DNA from: an uncultured Gemmatimonadaceae bacterium
Lineage (GTDB): Bacteria > Gemmatimonadota > Gemmatimonadetes > Gemmatimonadales > Gemmatimonadaceae
Reading direction: 5' to 3'
Assembly (NCBI GenBank): GCA_963751275.1
Contig: CAVVTZ010000007.1
Span: 916,006-980,005 of the forward strand
Length of the DNA: 64,000 nt
This document shows positions 32,264-42,143 of the stretch, piece by piece. Position 1 is the first letter of the stretch. The number at the start of each line of letters is the position of its first letter. The notes below the pieces were generated by a model that was not told the DNA's origin, made no database searches, and saw only the letters and a program-made list of their open reading frames with translations. Both the position numbers and the translations under genes were made by a program.

Positions 32264-33976
32264 ATGAGACTTCGACCACAAACACTCGCCGTCCTCGCTG
32301 CGGGGGCGCTCGCAACGGCGCTCGTTCCATGGTCTTCGCTCGGTGCACAGGCGAAGACGAGCAAGCCGAACATCATGTTCATCATGGGCGATGACATTGG
32401 CTGGATGCAGGTCGGGCTGTACCACGAAGGGTTGGCACTCGGCGAAACGCCGAACATTGACCGCATCGGCCGCGAGGGTGCGAAGTTCACGACCTACTAC
32501 GCGGAGCAGAGTTGCACCTCGGGCCGCAACGCCTTCTTCACGGGCATGCATCCGTTGCGCACCGGAATGATCCCGCCGCAGCTGCCGGGCAGCCCATCGT
32601 ACCTGCGTCCCGGTACGCCGGCGATCGCGAAGTTCCTGCACGACCTGGGCTACACCACCGGTGAGTTCGGCAAGAATCACTTGGGCGACCACACCGCCGC
32701 TTTGCCCACGGCCCACGGCTTCCAGGAATTCTTCGGCTATCTGTACCATTTGGACGCCATGGAGCAGGTCAGCTTCCCCGACATCAACAAGACGCCTCTC
32801 CTGCAGGGCTTCGCGCCACCGTGCAAGAACACGCCGATCAAGGGAATGGCCGATGTCCCCGGCGCAGTGGACCCGATGACCACGACCTGTCTGACGCCGC
32901 CGCGGCCGATGATGCTCTGCACGTCGTCCGATGGCACCGAGGCCAATCAGACGTGCAAGGATGAGGGCCCGCTCACGTTGGAGCGCTCGCGCGGTGTGGA
33001 CGAGGAGATCTCGGCTCACGTGATCGATTTCCTCGATCGCAACGATCCGAAGAAGACCGGCAAACCGTTCTTCGTCTGGTACAATCCCGCGCGCATGCAC
33101 ATCACCACCATGCTGTCGCCGAAATACCTGGCGATGGTCGGCGAGCAGGGCGGCAAGGATTGGGGGATCAACGAGGCCGGCATGAAGCAGATGGACGACA
33201 ACATTGGCCTCGTCATCAAGAAGCTCGAGGAGATGGGCCAGCTCGATAACACGATCCTGGCATTCACAACCGACAATGGCGCCGAGACGCAGACGTTCCC
33301 CGACGGTGGGACCACGCCATTCAAGGGGCAGAAGCTGACCACGTGGGAAGGCGGCATGCGCGTGCCTATGGTGGTGCGGTGGCCCGGGCACATCAAGCCT
33401 GGCACGCTCTTGACCGAGATGTTCGCTTCGCTCGACTGGCTGCCGACTCTCGTCGACATCGCTGGCGGTCCCAAGGGCGACGCATTGAACAAGCAGATCC
33501 AGGCCGGCCAGTATCCGGGCATCGTGAAGACCATGCTCGACGGCGTGGACCAGACCGACTATCTGCTCGGGAAGTCGGATACTTCGATGCGCAACACGTT
33601 CTTCTACTACGCCGACGCGACACCCTCGGCGGTGCGCTTCAAGAATTGGAAGTTCTACTATACGATGGCCGGTTCGACGGGCGCCGCCGCGCTCGATCCG
33701 CCGGTGACGTTCCACTGGACCCAGATCGATAACATTCGGCGCGACCCGTTCGAGCAGGCCGTTGGGGATGGGCAGAAGTCCATTCTCTCGTACGGCGGTG
33801 CGCTCGCGTCACCCACCACGGCGTATCTCTACGACTGGAACCTGCTTCCGGTGGGGCAGCTGCTGTGGCTGAAGGAGCTCGAATCGTATAAGAAGTTCCC
33901 GCCGCTGCAGGCGCCGGAGACGTACAATCTCGATGGCATTCTCAAGGCCATGCAGGACGTACACCAAAGCAACTAG
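32264..33976 (+). CDS. Sulfatase (Cys-type)
   Basis: PNIMFIMGDD, CTSGR, FGKNHLG, TDNG, WEGGMRVP. Confidence 0.92.
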   Translation: MRLRPQTLAVLAAGALATALVPWSSLGAQAKTSKPNIMFIMGDDIGWMQVGLYHEGLALGETPNIDRIGREGAKFTTYYAEQSCTSGRNAFFTGMHPLRTGMIPPQLPGSPSYLRPGTPAIAKFLHDLGYTTGEFGKNHLGDHTAALPTAHGFQEFFGYLYHLDAMEQVSFPDINKTPLLQGFAPPCKNTPIKGMADVPGAVDPMTTTCLTPPRPMMLCTSSDGTEANQTCKDEGPLTLERSRGVDEEISAHVIDFLDRNDPKKTGKPFFVWYNPARMHITTMLSPKYLAMVGEQGGKDWGINEAGMKQMDDNIGLVIKKLEEMGQLDNTILAFTTDNGAETQTFPDGGTTPFKGQKLTTWEGGMRVPMVVRWPGHIKPGTLLTEMFASLDWLPTLVDIAGGPKGDALNKQIQAGQYPGIVKTMLDGVDQTDYLLGKSDTSMRNTFFYYADATPSAVRFKNWKFYYTMAGSTGAAALDPPVTFHWTQIDNIRRDPFEQAVGDGQKSILSYGGALASPTTAYLYDWNLLPVGQLLWLKELESYKKFPPLQAPETYNLDGILKAMQDVHQSN

Positions 33977-34003
33977 CTGGCCGCGTGCGGATCGAGTATC
34001 ACG

Positions 34004-34036
34004 GCGGGCGGTCCCTGCGGGGGCCGCCCGTTTCGC
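34004..34036 (+). terminator. Probable intrinsic terminator
   Basis: gcgggcggtccc-tgcg-ggggccgcccgttt. Confidence 0.6.
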
Positions 34037-34183
34037 CTCATGCAGAGATCGTGGTGCGCACGGAGACGTGCGCACTCTCCCCTCTTGCGCCGAGCGGCGA
34101 ACTTTTCCACTCGTGGTCGTATTCGATCAGCAGGTTGTTGCCCCCCGCAGGATCAGCTACCGCACCTACAACGAGGACAGCGC

Positions 34184-35871
34184 GATGATAAGCTTTGGAT
34201 GGCGAAGGAGCGGCGTCCGCTACGCCGCCGCGACGGCGGCTCTCATGCTTGCCGTGCCGCTGGTGATCCAGGCGCAGGCGTCGGCCAAGAAACCGAATAT
34301 CGTCATGCTGATGACCGACGATACCGGTTGGGGCGACTGGGGCTACATTCGGGCGGCGGCGCCGCGCTCGGCCACCCCACGCCGAACATCGACCGCGTGG
34401 CGAAGGAAGGCACCTACTTCACGAACTGGTATGGCCAGGCGAGCTGCACCGCGGGGCGCGCGTCGTTCATCACGGGCCGCATCCCCATTCGCTCGGCGCT
34501 CTCGATCGTGGTGGCGCCGGGCGATGAGAACGGGTTGCACAAGGAGACGCCCACCATCGCCGAGTTCTTCAAGAAGAACGGCTATCAGACCTACTTCTCG
34601 GGGAAGTGGCACCTGGGTGACAAGCCGGAATTCTATCCCATCGAGCACGGCTTCGATGAGATGCGGAACTTCGCGGCGTATTACCCGGGCGTGTACACGT
34701 ACAGCGATACGTCGCCGCGGATGCACCCGTGGTTCCCGCGGTACAATCCGGAATTCTGGAAGATGTACCAGGACGCGGTGAACCTGCACGAATGGTCGGG
34801 CGTGGCCGGCAAGCCCGCGGTGCAAGGGCGAACTGATCACGTGGGATGCGCTCGGCGGAGTTCGATGTGCGCCAGACGGCCTCGGCCGTCGCGTACATCA
34901 AGGAGCACGCCAAGGACGCGAAGCCGTTCTTCATGGACGTCAACTTCATGAAGATGCACAACCCGAACAACCCGGCCAAGGAATTCGCCGGCAAGACGCA
35001 CCTCGGCAATTACTCGGACGCGATGCTCGAGCTCGATTCCAACATTGGCAAGATCATGGATGCGATCCGCGCCGAGGCGCCGAACACGATCGTGATCATC
35101 ACGGCCGACAACGGGGCGTGGCAGGATGCCTATCCGGACGCCGGCACCGTGCCCTTCCGCGGCGAGAAGGGGACCGCCTTCGAAGGCGGCTGGCGCGTGC
35201 CGGGCATCATGTGGTCGCCCGGGCGGATCCCGGCCGGCCAGCACCTGGATGAGATGATGTCGCACATGGATGTGTGGCCGACGACGGCCGCGATGGTGGG
35301 GCTCAAGCCGCCGCCAACGGGGGAGTGGACCGACAACGCCGGCAAGCCCATCTACTTCGATGGCATCGACAACAGCGCCTACGTCACCGGCAAGGCCATG
35401 CACTCGGCGCGCGATGGGTGGATCTACATCGACGGCGAGAATTTCCTGGGCATGCGCGCCGACATCGGCGGCGATCCCAACGAGCCGTGGCTGCGCATCG
35501 CCTGGAAGTATCTGTATACCGCGAAGGACACGTGGCTCGGCCCCGACCAGAACCTCGGTTCCATTGGCGCGACGTACAACCTGACCATGGATCCCTACGA
35601 GAAGTATTCCATGACGTTCAATGGCGCGGTCGCCTCGCGCATGCCGGGCGAATCGCCGGGCAAGTACGCGGGTGAGGACAACGGGTGGGTGCTCGCGCTC
35701 CTGTATCCCGTGCTGGTGAATTTCGACTTGTCCATCATGAAGTATCCGAACATCCAGCGCGTGCCGGGCGGCGCCTCGAACGATCTCGTGCCGAACCTGA
35801 AGATGCCATCGAATCCGGTGCCATTGCTCGATCCGAAGAAGCCGGTGAAGGCCATTCCAGCGATCGATTGA
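34184..35871 (+). CDS. Sulfatase (Cys-type), two frameshifts
   Basis: KPNIVMLMTDD, CTAGR, GKWHLG, ADNG, FEGGWRVP in three frames. Confidence 0.88.
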
Positions 35872-35892
35872 ACGAAGTCGAGGTGATGTGAA

Positions 35893-35923
35893 GCGGGCGG
35901 TCCGAGAGGGCCGCCCGTTTCGC
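35893..35923 (+). terminator. Probable intrinsic terminator
   Basis: gcgggcggtcc-gaga-gggccgcccgttt; near-copy of 34004-34036. Confidence 0.6.
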
Positions 35924-36010
35924 GTTCGGGATGGGTTCATCGCGCGGGTTTTCGATGTCGATGCCTACGTGGCATTCTGGCATCTTCCCGGCGGAGAGAT
36001 CCATCACGGC

Positions 36011-36536
36011 AACTGAACTGCTTTGACAGGATTATCAGGATGGACGGGATTGACGGGATGACTGCACCCCGAGCGCCGCTAGACGATCCGGTGACGGAGC
36101 GCGTGATCGGGCTCGCAATGAAAGTCCATCGAGTGCTGGGACCCGGATTCCTGGAGTCCGTTTACCGAAGAGCGCTCTTGGTTGAACTGCGAACGGCCGG
36201 CGTCGCGGCCGAAGAGGGCAGGCGGATCAGCGTCGCATACAGCGGCGTCTCAGTGGGCGAGTTCATCGCCGACATCATCGTCGGCGAAAGAGTGGTCGTT
36301 GAGTTGAAAGCCGTCGAAGCGCTCCACAGTGCACACGAATTTCAGATAGTGAACTATCTGACCGCGACGGGCATCGACGTGGGCCTCTTATTCAACTTCG
36401 GCAGTGCGCAGTTGCAGTTCAAACGAAAATATCGCCGTGGCCGAGCGAACCAAGGCGCCCGGGAACGGCGAGAACGACTCGGACCATCATCCTGACAATC
36501 CCGTTCATCCCGTGAATCCTGTCAAAGCAGTTCGTT
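36011..36536. mobile_element. Putative element: GxxExxY gene between inverted CAGGAT-family arms (copy C)
   Basis: Left arm 36011-36061 and right arm 36487-36536 both carry exact AACTGCTTTGACAGGAT. Mobility is inferred. Confidence 0.62.
36040..36495 (+). CDS. GxxExxY protein (PD-(D/E)XK nuclease-like)
   Basis: LGPGFLESVY, ADI..VELK, QIVNYL, GLLFNFG. Confidence 0.92.
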   Translation: MDGIDGMTAPRAPLDDPVTERVIGLAMKVHRVLGPGFLESVYRRALLVELRTAGVAAEEGRRISVAYSGVSVGEFIADIIVGERVVVELKAVEALHSAHEFQIVNYLTATGIDVGLLFNFGSAQLQFKRKYRRGRANQGARERRERLGPSS

Positions 36537-36612
36537 CAGGATGCCAGGATGACCAGGATGCTGAGGCTGCGCACGAGTTCGTGAACGAGCATGTGTGCCT
36601 GCACTCGCAAGT

Positions 36613-37654
36613 CTACGGCGTGAGCTCCGTCATGTGGAGCGTCGCCTTCAGGATCTTCATCACCACCGCCATCCCATTCTCCCCATTGGTGAAGATCACG
36701 ATGCCGCGCTTCGACGCGGGCAGAAGGAGTACGATCGTCTTGATCCCCTCATCCGATCCGGTGTGCATCAGGATCACGGGATCCTCGGCAGGGCCCTTCA
36801 TCACTTCCCAGCCGAGTCCCATCGCTTCGGTGGTGCTGTGCTCGAACCAGACCTGCGGCGTGGTCATGTCGGCGTAGACCGCGGGCGAGAGGCCGGCGCC
36901 GTTCAGCACGTTCGCCGCGAAGCGCGCGTAGTCGCCGATGGTGGTCACGAGCCAGTCGGCGGCGTTCGGGCGTGACATGGGATGCATCGACGTGTACACG
37001 ATCGCACCCGTCGTGTCGTGCCCGTACGCGAACAGCGACGAATCGTGGCGCGGGTCCCAGCCGTACGTGGTGTTCGTCATGCCGAGCGGTGCGAAGAGGA
37101 TCGAGTCGGAAAGCCGCTGGAGCGACTCGCCGAACTTGTGCTCGAGGGCATGACGCAGGTATTCGAAACCTTCGCCCGAATATTTGTACTTGGTGCCGGG
37201 CGGAAAGAGGAAGACGAGCTTCCCCGACGCCGACGCGCCGCGCCAATTCGGGAATCCGGTCTGATGGCTGAGGATGACGCGCGGCGTGAGCTTCGCCGCC
37301 CACGGATCGCCCGCGAGGTCGGGATCCACCCAGTCGGCCGCGAGCGAGCCGTCGAGCTCCAACCGGCCCGCGCTCACGAGGCGCAGCGTCGTCACGGCGA
37401 CCACCGGCTTCGTGAGCGACGCGACGTTCCAAAGGGCACTCGTGTCGAGCGACACGCCCGGCTCGGAGCTCGCCGAAGGTCTCGACCGTCCGGATGCGGC
37501 CGTTCTCGACGATACCGATCGCCACGCCGGGCACGTGACTCTCGCGCATCCAGGCCGGCATGTTGTAATGAAAGGTCAGCGGGATCGACGTCTGCGCCTG
37601 GCCCGCGCTCGACAGGAGCAATGCGAGCGCTACGCCTAATCGTTGCAGCTTCAT
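36613..37654 (-). CDS. Serine hydrolase, beta-lactamase family, frameshifted
   Basis: VPGVAIG, ASLTK (SxxK), LSHQTG, YSGEG, HTG. Confidence 0.85.
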
Positions 37655-37835
37655 GGGCCGGGCCTCCATCGCGGGGGTCGGGGTCGGATACCCTACGGCA
37701 AGGAGCCGCGCGAGTGACAAGCGGCGCACTCGAGGCGGACGGACTGTTACGCGGCCCGCTCTATCCAAGCGGTTAAGAAACGGCTAATGTCTGCCGCCAT
37801 CACGACGGTTCGCCATCCCGAAAGGAGCGTTGCAA

Positions 37836-40523
37836 ATGGAACATGTTCGCGCGTGGATCCCTCGCATCACGATCGGCGCCACGGCGCTCTTCGTCACCGT
37901 TGCCGCCGCCGCCCCGCTCGCGGCGCAGGTCGTCACCGGCACGCTCGGTGCGCCGAGTGCCACGACCACCGTGAAGGGCGACCAGCTCCCCGCGCCGCCG
38001 ATGAAGTTCGGCGGCAAGATCGCCGATGCGGCTTCGGCGAGCACGCCGTGGTGGCCGCCGCGCATCGTGCCGCCGGCGAAGGCGCCGAACATCCTGCTCA
38101 TCATGACGGACGACCAGGGCTACGGCGTCCCCGGCACGTTCGGCGGCGTGATCCCCACGCCGGCGCTCGACCGGATAGCGAAGAACGGGCTGCGCTACAC
38201 GGAATTCCATTCCACCGCGCTCTGCTCGCCCACGCGCGCCGCGCTCATCACCGGGCGCAATCACCATTCCGTGGGCTTCGGCGTCATCGGCGAACTGTCC
38301 ACCGGTTTCCCCGGTTACAACTCCGTGATCGGTCCGGAGAACGCCACCATCGGGCGCATCCTCAAGGACAACGGCTACGCGACCTCGTGGTTCGGCAAGA
38401 ATCACAACACGCCCGGCTTCCAGTATAGCAGCACAGCCGGCCCGTTCGATCAATGGCCGTCGGGGATGGGCTTCCAGTATTTCTACGGCTTCATGGGCGG
38501 CGAGACGGACCAGTGGGAGCCGTATCTCTTCCGCGACCACACGCAGATCTATCCGTGGATCGGGCGCGAAGGCGAGTACAATCTCACCACCGACATGGCG
38601 GACGAGGCGATCAAGTACATGCGCGACCTGAACGCGGCCGCGCCCGACAAGCCCTTCTTCCTCTATTACGTGCCCGGTGGCAGTCACTCGCCGCACCAGC
38701 CCAAGCAGGAATGGATCGACAAGTTCAAGGGCAAGTTCGACATGGGCTTCGAGAAGATGCGCGATTCGATCTTCGCGAATCAGAAGAAGCTCGGCGTGAT
38801 CCCGGCGAACACGATGCTCACGCCGTGGCCGGCGGACCTGCCGCACTGGGATACGCTGTCCGAGGTGCAGAAGAAATTGTTCGAGCGGCAAGCCGAGGTG
38901 TTCGCCGGATACGTGGCGTATACCGACAATGAGATCGGCCGCGTGATCCAGGAGGTGCAGGATCTCGGCAAGCTCGACAACACGATCATCATCTACATCG
39001 ACGGCGACAACGGCACGAGCCCCGAGGGCGCGATCGAGGGCACGTTCAACCAGCTCACGGCGTACAACGGCGTGATCGGCTTCCCGCACGAGGAAGCGGT
39101 GCAGTTCGCGCACATCGACCAGTGGGGCGGCCCGAAGACGTATCCGCACATGTCGGCGGCGTGGGCGTGGGCCTTCGACACGCCCTTCAAGTACACGAAG
39201 CAGGTGGCGTCGCACTTCGGCGGCACGCGCCAAGGGCTCGCGATCTCGTGGCCCGGCCACATCACCGACGTCGGCGGCATCCGCTCGCAGTTCCACCATG
39301 TGATCGACATCGTGCCCACACTGCTCGAGATCACGGGGATACCGGCGCCGACGACGGTCGATGGGATCAAGCAGCGCCCGATCGAGGGGATCAGCATGGC
39401 GTACACCTTCGACAAGGCGAACGCCAACGCGCCCTCGAAGCGCAGCACGCAGTACTTCGAGATGGTCGGCAACCGCGCGATCTACCACGACGGCTGGATC
39501 GCCGCGACGCACCCGCCGCTCCCACCCTGGGCGATGGGCGTGGGCACGATGCCGAACATCATGACCGGCTACAAGTGGGAGCTGTACAACATCGCCGACG
39601 ACTACTCCGAGTACAACGATCTGGCCGACAAGTTTCCGGCGAAGCTCAAGGAGCTGCAGGCGCTCTTCCTCAAGGAGGCCGGCAAGTATCAGGTGTTCCC
39701 GCTCGACAATTCCGGATTCGTGCGGCTGCTCACGGAGCGGCCGAGCGCGATCGCGGGCCGCAATGAATTCACCTACACCGGCGTGAACCTCGGCATTCCG
39801 ATGGGCAGTGCGCCGAGCATCCTGAACAAGGACTACACGATCACCGCGGATGTGACGATCCCGAGCGGAGGGGCGGAGGGCATGCTCGTGACGCTCGGCG
39901 GGCGCTTCGGCGGCTACGCGCTGTACCTGAGCCGCAGCTTCAACTGGTGGTTCCACGAGGCGTTCTTCCGGCGGCTCGCGCTCATCGTTCTCGTCGCCGG
40001 GCTGTTCTTCATGTGGCTGGCGGCGCGCGGGAAGTGGGGGAAGGCCGGCACGTTCTTCGGCAACGCGCTCGCGGTGGCGGGGGGCGGCGGCTGGCTGCTC
40101 ATCGCGATCGTGGGCCTGCTGCATTTGGGGGCGGGGAAGCCGACGTTCGTCTACAACTTCCTGGACCTGCAGCGCACGAAGTGGACCGGGCCGGCGCTCG
40201 GCGCCGGCAAGCACACCGTCACGTTCGACTTCAAGTACGACGGCCCCGGCCCGGCCAAGGGCGGCACCGGCATCCTGAGCGTGGATGGCAAGGAAGTGGA
40301 CCGCAAGACGATGGAGCACACCATCCCGCTGCTGATGGCGATCGATGAGACATTCGACATCGGCGCCGACACGCGCACGGGCGTGGACGATTTCGAGTAC
40401 GCGGTGCCCTTCGCCTTCACCGGCACGATCGACACGCTCAAGATGAAACTCGGCCCGTCGCAGATCTCGATGCCCGAGAAGGCGGCGGCGCAGCGCGCGG
40501 TGCAGGACAAGGTGAACAACTGA
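37836..40523 (+). CDS. Arylsulfatase (Cys-type) with a hydrophobic insert near the C-terminus
   Basis: AAGGAG RBS; CSPTRAALITG; intact ORF. Confidence 0.93.
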   Translation: MEHVRAWIPRITIGATALFVTVAAAAPLAAQVVTGTLGAPSATTTVKGDQLPAPPMKFGGKIADAASASTPWWPPRIVPPAKAPNILLIMTDDQGYGVPGTFGGVIPTPALDRIAKNGLRYTEFHSTALCSPTRAALITGRNHHSVGFGVIGELSTGFPGYNSVIGPENATIGRILKDNGYATSWFGKNHNTPGFQYSSTAGPFDQWPSGMGFQYFYGFMGGETDQWEPYLFRDHTQIYPWIGREGEYNLTTDMADEAIKYMRDLNAAAPDKPFFLYYVPGGSHSPHQPKQEWIDKFKGKFDMGFEKMRDSIFANQKKLGVIPANTMLTPWPADLPHWDTLSEVQKKLFERQAEVFAGYVAYTDNEIGRVIQEVQDLGKLDNTIIIYIDGDNGTSPEGAIEGTFNQLTAYNGVIGFPHEEAVQFAHIDQWGGPKTYPHMSAAWAWAFDTPFKYTKQVASHFGGTRQGLAISWPGHITDVGGIRSQFHHVIDIVPTLLEITGIPAPTTVDGIKQRPIEGISMAYTFDKANANAPSKRSTQYFEMVGNRAIYHDGWIAATHPPLPPWAMGVGTMPNIMTGYKWELYNIADDYSEYNDLADKFPAKLKELQALFLKEAGKYQVFPLDNSGFVRLLTERPSAIAGRNEFTYTGVNLGIPMGSAPSILNKDYTITADVTIPSGGAEGMLVTLGGRFGGYALYLSRSFNWWFHEAFFRRLALIVLVAGLFFMWLAARGKWGKAGTFFGNALAVAGGGGWLLIAIVGLLHLGAGKPTFVYNFLDLQRTKWTGPALGAGKHTVTFDFKYDGPGPAKGGTGILSVDGKEVDRKTMEHTIPLLMAIDETFDIGADTRTGVDDFEYAVPFAFTGTIDTLKMKLGPSQISMPEKAAAQRAVQDKVNN

Positions 40524-40525
40524 AC

Positions 40526-40632
40526 TGCAGGGGCGCGTCTGGCAACTGAGCGTGTAGATAAAGCTGGGGGCCGGCGCGAACGCGCCGGCCCCCATGTCGT
40601 ATCCATACGCTCCGTTGCTAAGCGCGCCTGCT
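40526..40632. terminator. Extended hairpin between convergent genes
   Basis: Inner stem gggggccggcgcg-aa-cgcgccggccccc plus an imperfect outer stem. Confidence 0.6.
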
Positions 40633-40636
40633 TTGT

Positions 40637-41653
40637 CTACTCCCAACCGAATATCTTCTTCCAATCCCGCTTCATCGAGATCACGATCCATCCGGAATTC
40701 ACCGCCTCATCATACAACCCCTGCGTGAACGTTCCGACCTTCGTGTCGGGCAGTCCGGTCGCCGGGCCGTAGGCGTATTCGCGCGAGGCGTCGTCGTGCA
40801 GCACGATCATCGCCAGGCGCAGCCCCGTTCCGCCCTTGGTGTATTCGAGCATCTGCTGATCGCCCGTCGAATTCCCGGCGGCGGCGTAGGGGCGGCGGCC
40901 GATCATCAATTGGATCGCCTCGGGCTTTCCGGCGTCGTTGTCGTTGACGATGATCTTCGGAAGCTTCACCAGGTGCGGCGTGCCGCCGTTCGGGAACACA
41001 TACTTCACCTCGCCGGCGCTGCCGACCACCTGCTCGGGCGGCACGCCGTACGTCGCCTCCGCATACGTGCGCACGAAGTCCTGGCCGCCGCCCGTCACGA
41101 TGTAGGTCTTGTAGCCATTCGCGCGCAGGTACGCCATCAGCTCCTTCATCGGTTGGTACGTCAGATCGGTGAAGTGCTTGTGCCAGCGCGGGTCCTGCGC
41201 CTGCGCGAGCCACGCGGCGACCTGAGAATGGAATTCGTCGATCGTCATGCCGGACAAGGTCGCGCCGGCCAGCTTCTCGAGATCGAGCATCGAGAGCTTC
41301 GAGATCGCCTCCATGTTCCTCGACATCACCGTCTTGTACGGCTCGACGTTCGCGAGCTTCGGGTCCGCCTTCACGAGCGCGGGCACGCGGTCGAAGATGT
41401 ACATCAGCTGCGTATAGGCGGGATGCTCGGTCCAGAGCGTGCCGTCCTGGTCGAAGGTCGCGATGCGCTCCTCGACCGGCACGAAATTGGGTCCGCCGGG
41501 CGTCGTGGTGCCCTGGACGAACGAGACGATCGCCACCTTGGCGCTGCCTTCGTTCCAGGAGGGGAGGGGATCGGACTGCGCGCGCGCGGCGGAGACGGAA
41601 AGTGCGACAGCGACGAGCGCAGCGGCTGGCGAAGGGCAATGGATGATTCGCAT
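40637..41653 (-). CDS. Secreted HAD-family hydrolase (acid phosphatase-like)
   Basis: DPLPSWNEG, FDQDGTLW, IVTGGG, GNSTGD, ISMKRDW; GGAG RBS. Confidence 0.88.
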   Translation of the reverse strand: MRIIHCPSPAAALVAVALSVSAARAQSDPLPSWNEGSAKVAIVSFVQGTTTPGGPNFVPVEERIATFDQDGTLWTEHPAYTQLMYIFDRVPALVKADPKLANVEPYKTVMSRNMEAISKLSMLDLEKLAGATLSGMTIDEFHSQVAAWLAQAQDPRWHKHFTDLTYQPMKELMAYLRANGYKTYIVTGGGQDFVRTYAEATYGVPPEQVVGSAGEVKYVFPNGGTPHLVKLPKIIVNDNDAGKPEAIQLMIGRRPYAAAGNSTGDQQMLEYTKGGTGLRLAMIVLHDDASREYAYGPATGLPDTKVGTFTQGLYDEAVNSGWIVISMKRDWKKIFGWE

Positions 41654-41729
41654 CTTCGTTCTCCATCGAGGGTCGTGAGCCGAATAATCGTGCGCCAGGC
41701 CGGCGCGGCGCCAGGGAATACGAGCTTGA

Positions 41730-42077
41730 GGGGCGTGAGGCGCACCCCCCAACGCCGTGAGACGAAACCCGAACGCCGTGAGGCGCGAGGCGCACCCCGA
41801 ATCCCGTGAGGCGTGAGGCGCACCCCGAATCCCGTGAGGCGTGAGGCGTGCGACGAAAGGACCGTACGGCGTGAGGCGCGACCCGAACTCCGTGAGGCGC
41901 GAGCGCACTCACGGCGTTCGGGGTTACGCCTCACGCCGTATCATCAGTTCGCTGCACGCCTCACGCCTCACGGTGTTTCGGGGTGCGCCTCACGCCGTGC
42001 AGTCAGTTCGCCGCACGCCTCACGCCTCACGGAGTTCGGGTTACGGCGAACGTTGTCAGGGTTTCCACTCACGCCCC
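41730..42077. repeat. Inverted array of CGTGAGG heptamers
   Basis: About 10 CGTGAGG-like units, then about 8 CCTCACG-like units, centre near 41901; includes a 28-bp tandem duplication. Confidence 0.9.
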
Positions 42078-42143
42078 CGCCCCCTCGGGAGTTACATTTG
42101 AGCCGCGACAGTCGCCCCCCATCTCCGTCCCCCGGATCTCGAA

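Noticed and set aside
36023..36060. TTGACA in the element end as a sigma70 -35 box
   Set aside because: No acceptable -10 hexamer 16-18 bp downstream in the copy examined (copy C).
27197..36536. Classical IS elements
   Set aside because: The enclosed ORF has no DDE or HUH motif and no target-site duplication was found.
37800..40691. Long antisense ORFs (963 aa here; also 56917..59721, 60213..62240, 10582..12204 and others)
   Set aside because: Shadow frames of high-GC genes with no recognisable motifs.
41654..41934. N-terminal extension of the HAD ORF and overlapping ORFs with RLTPHG/ASRL repeats
   Set aside because: These are translations of the heptamer array; a better start with RBS and signal peptide exists at 41653.
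41730..42077. CRISPR array
   Set aside because: Units are 7-28 bp, invert mid-array and have no regular unique spacers; no cas genes in the window.
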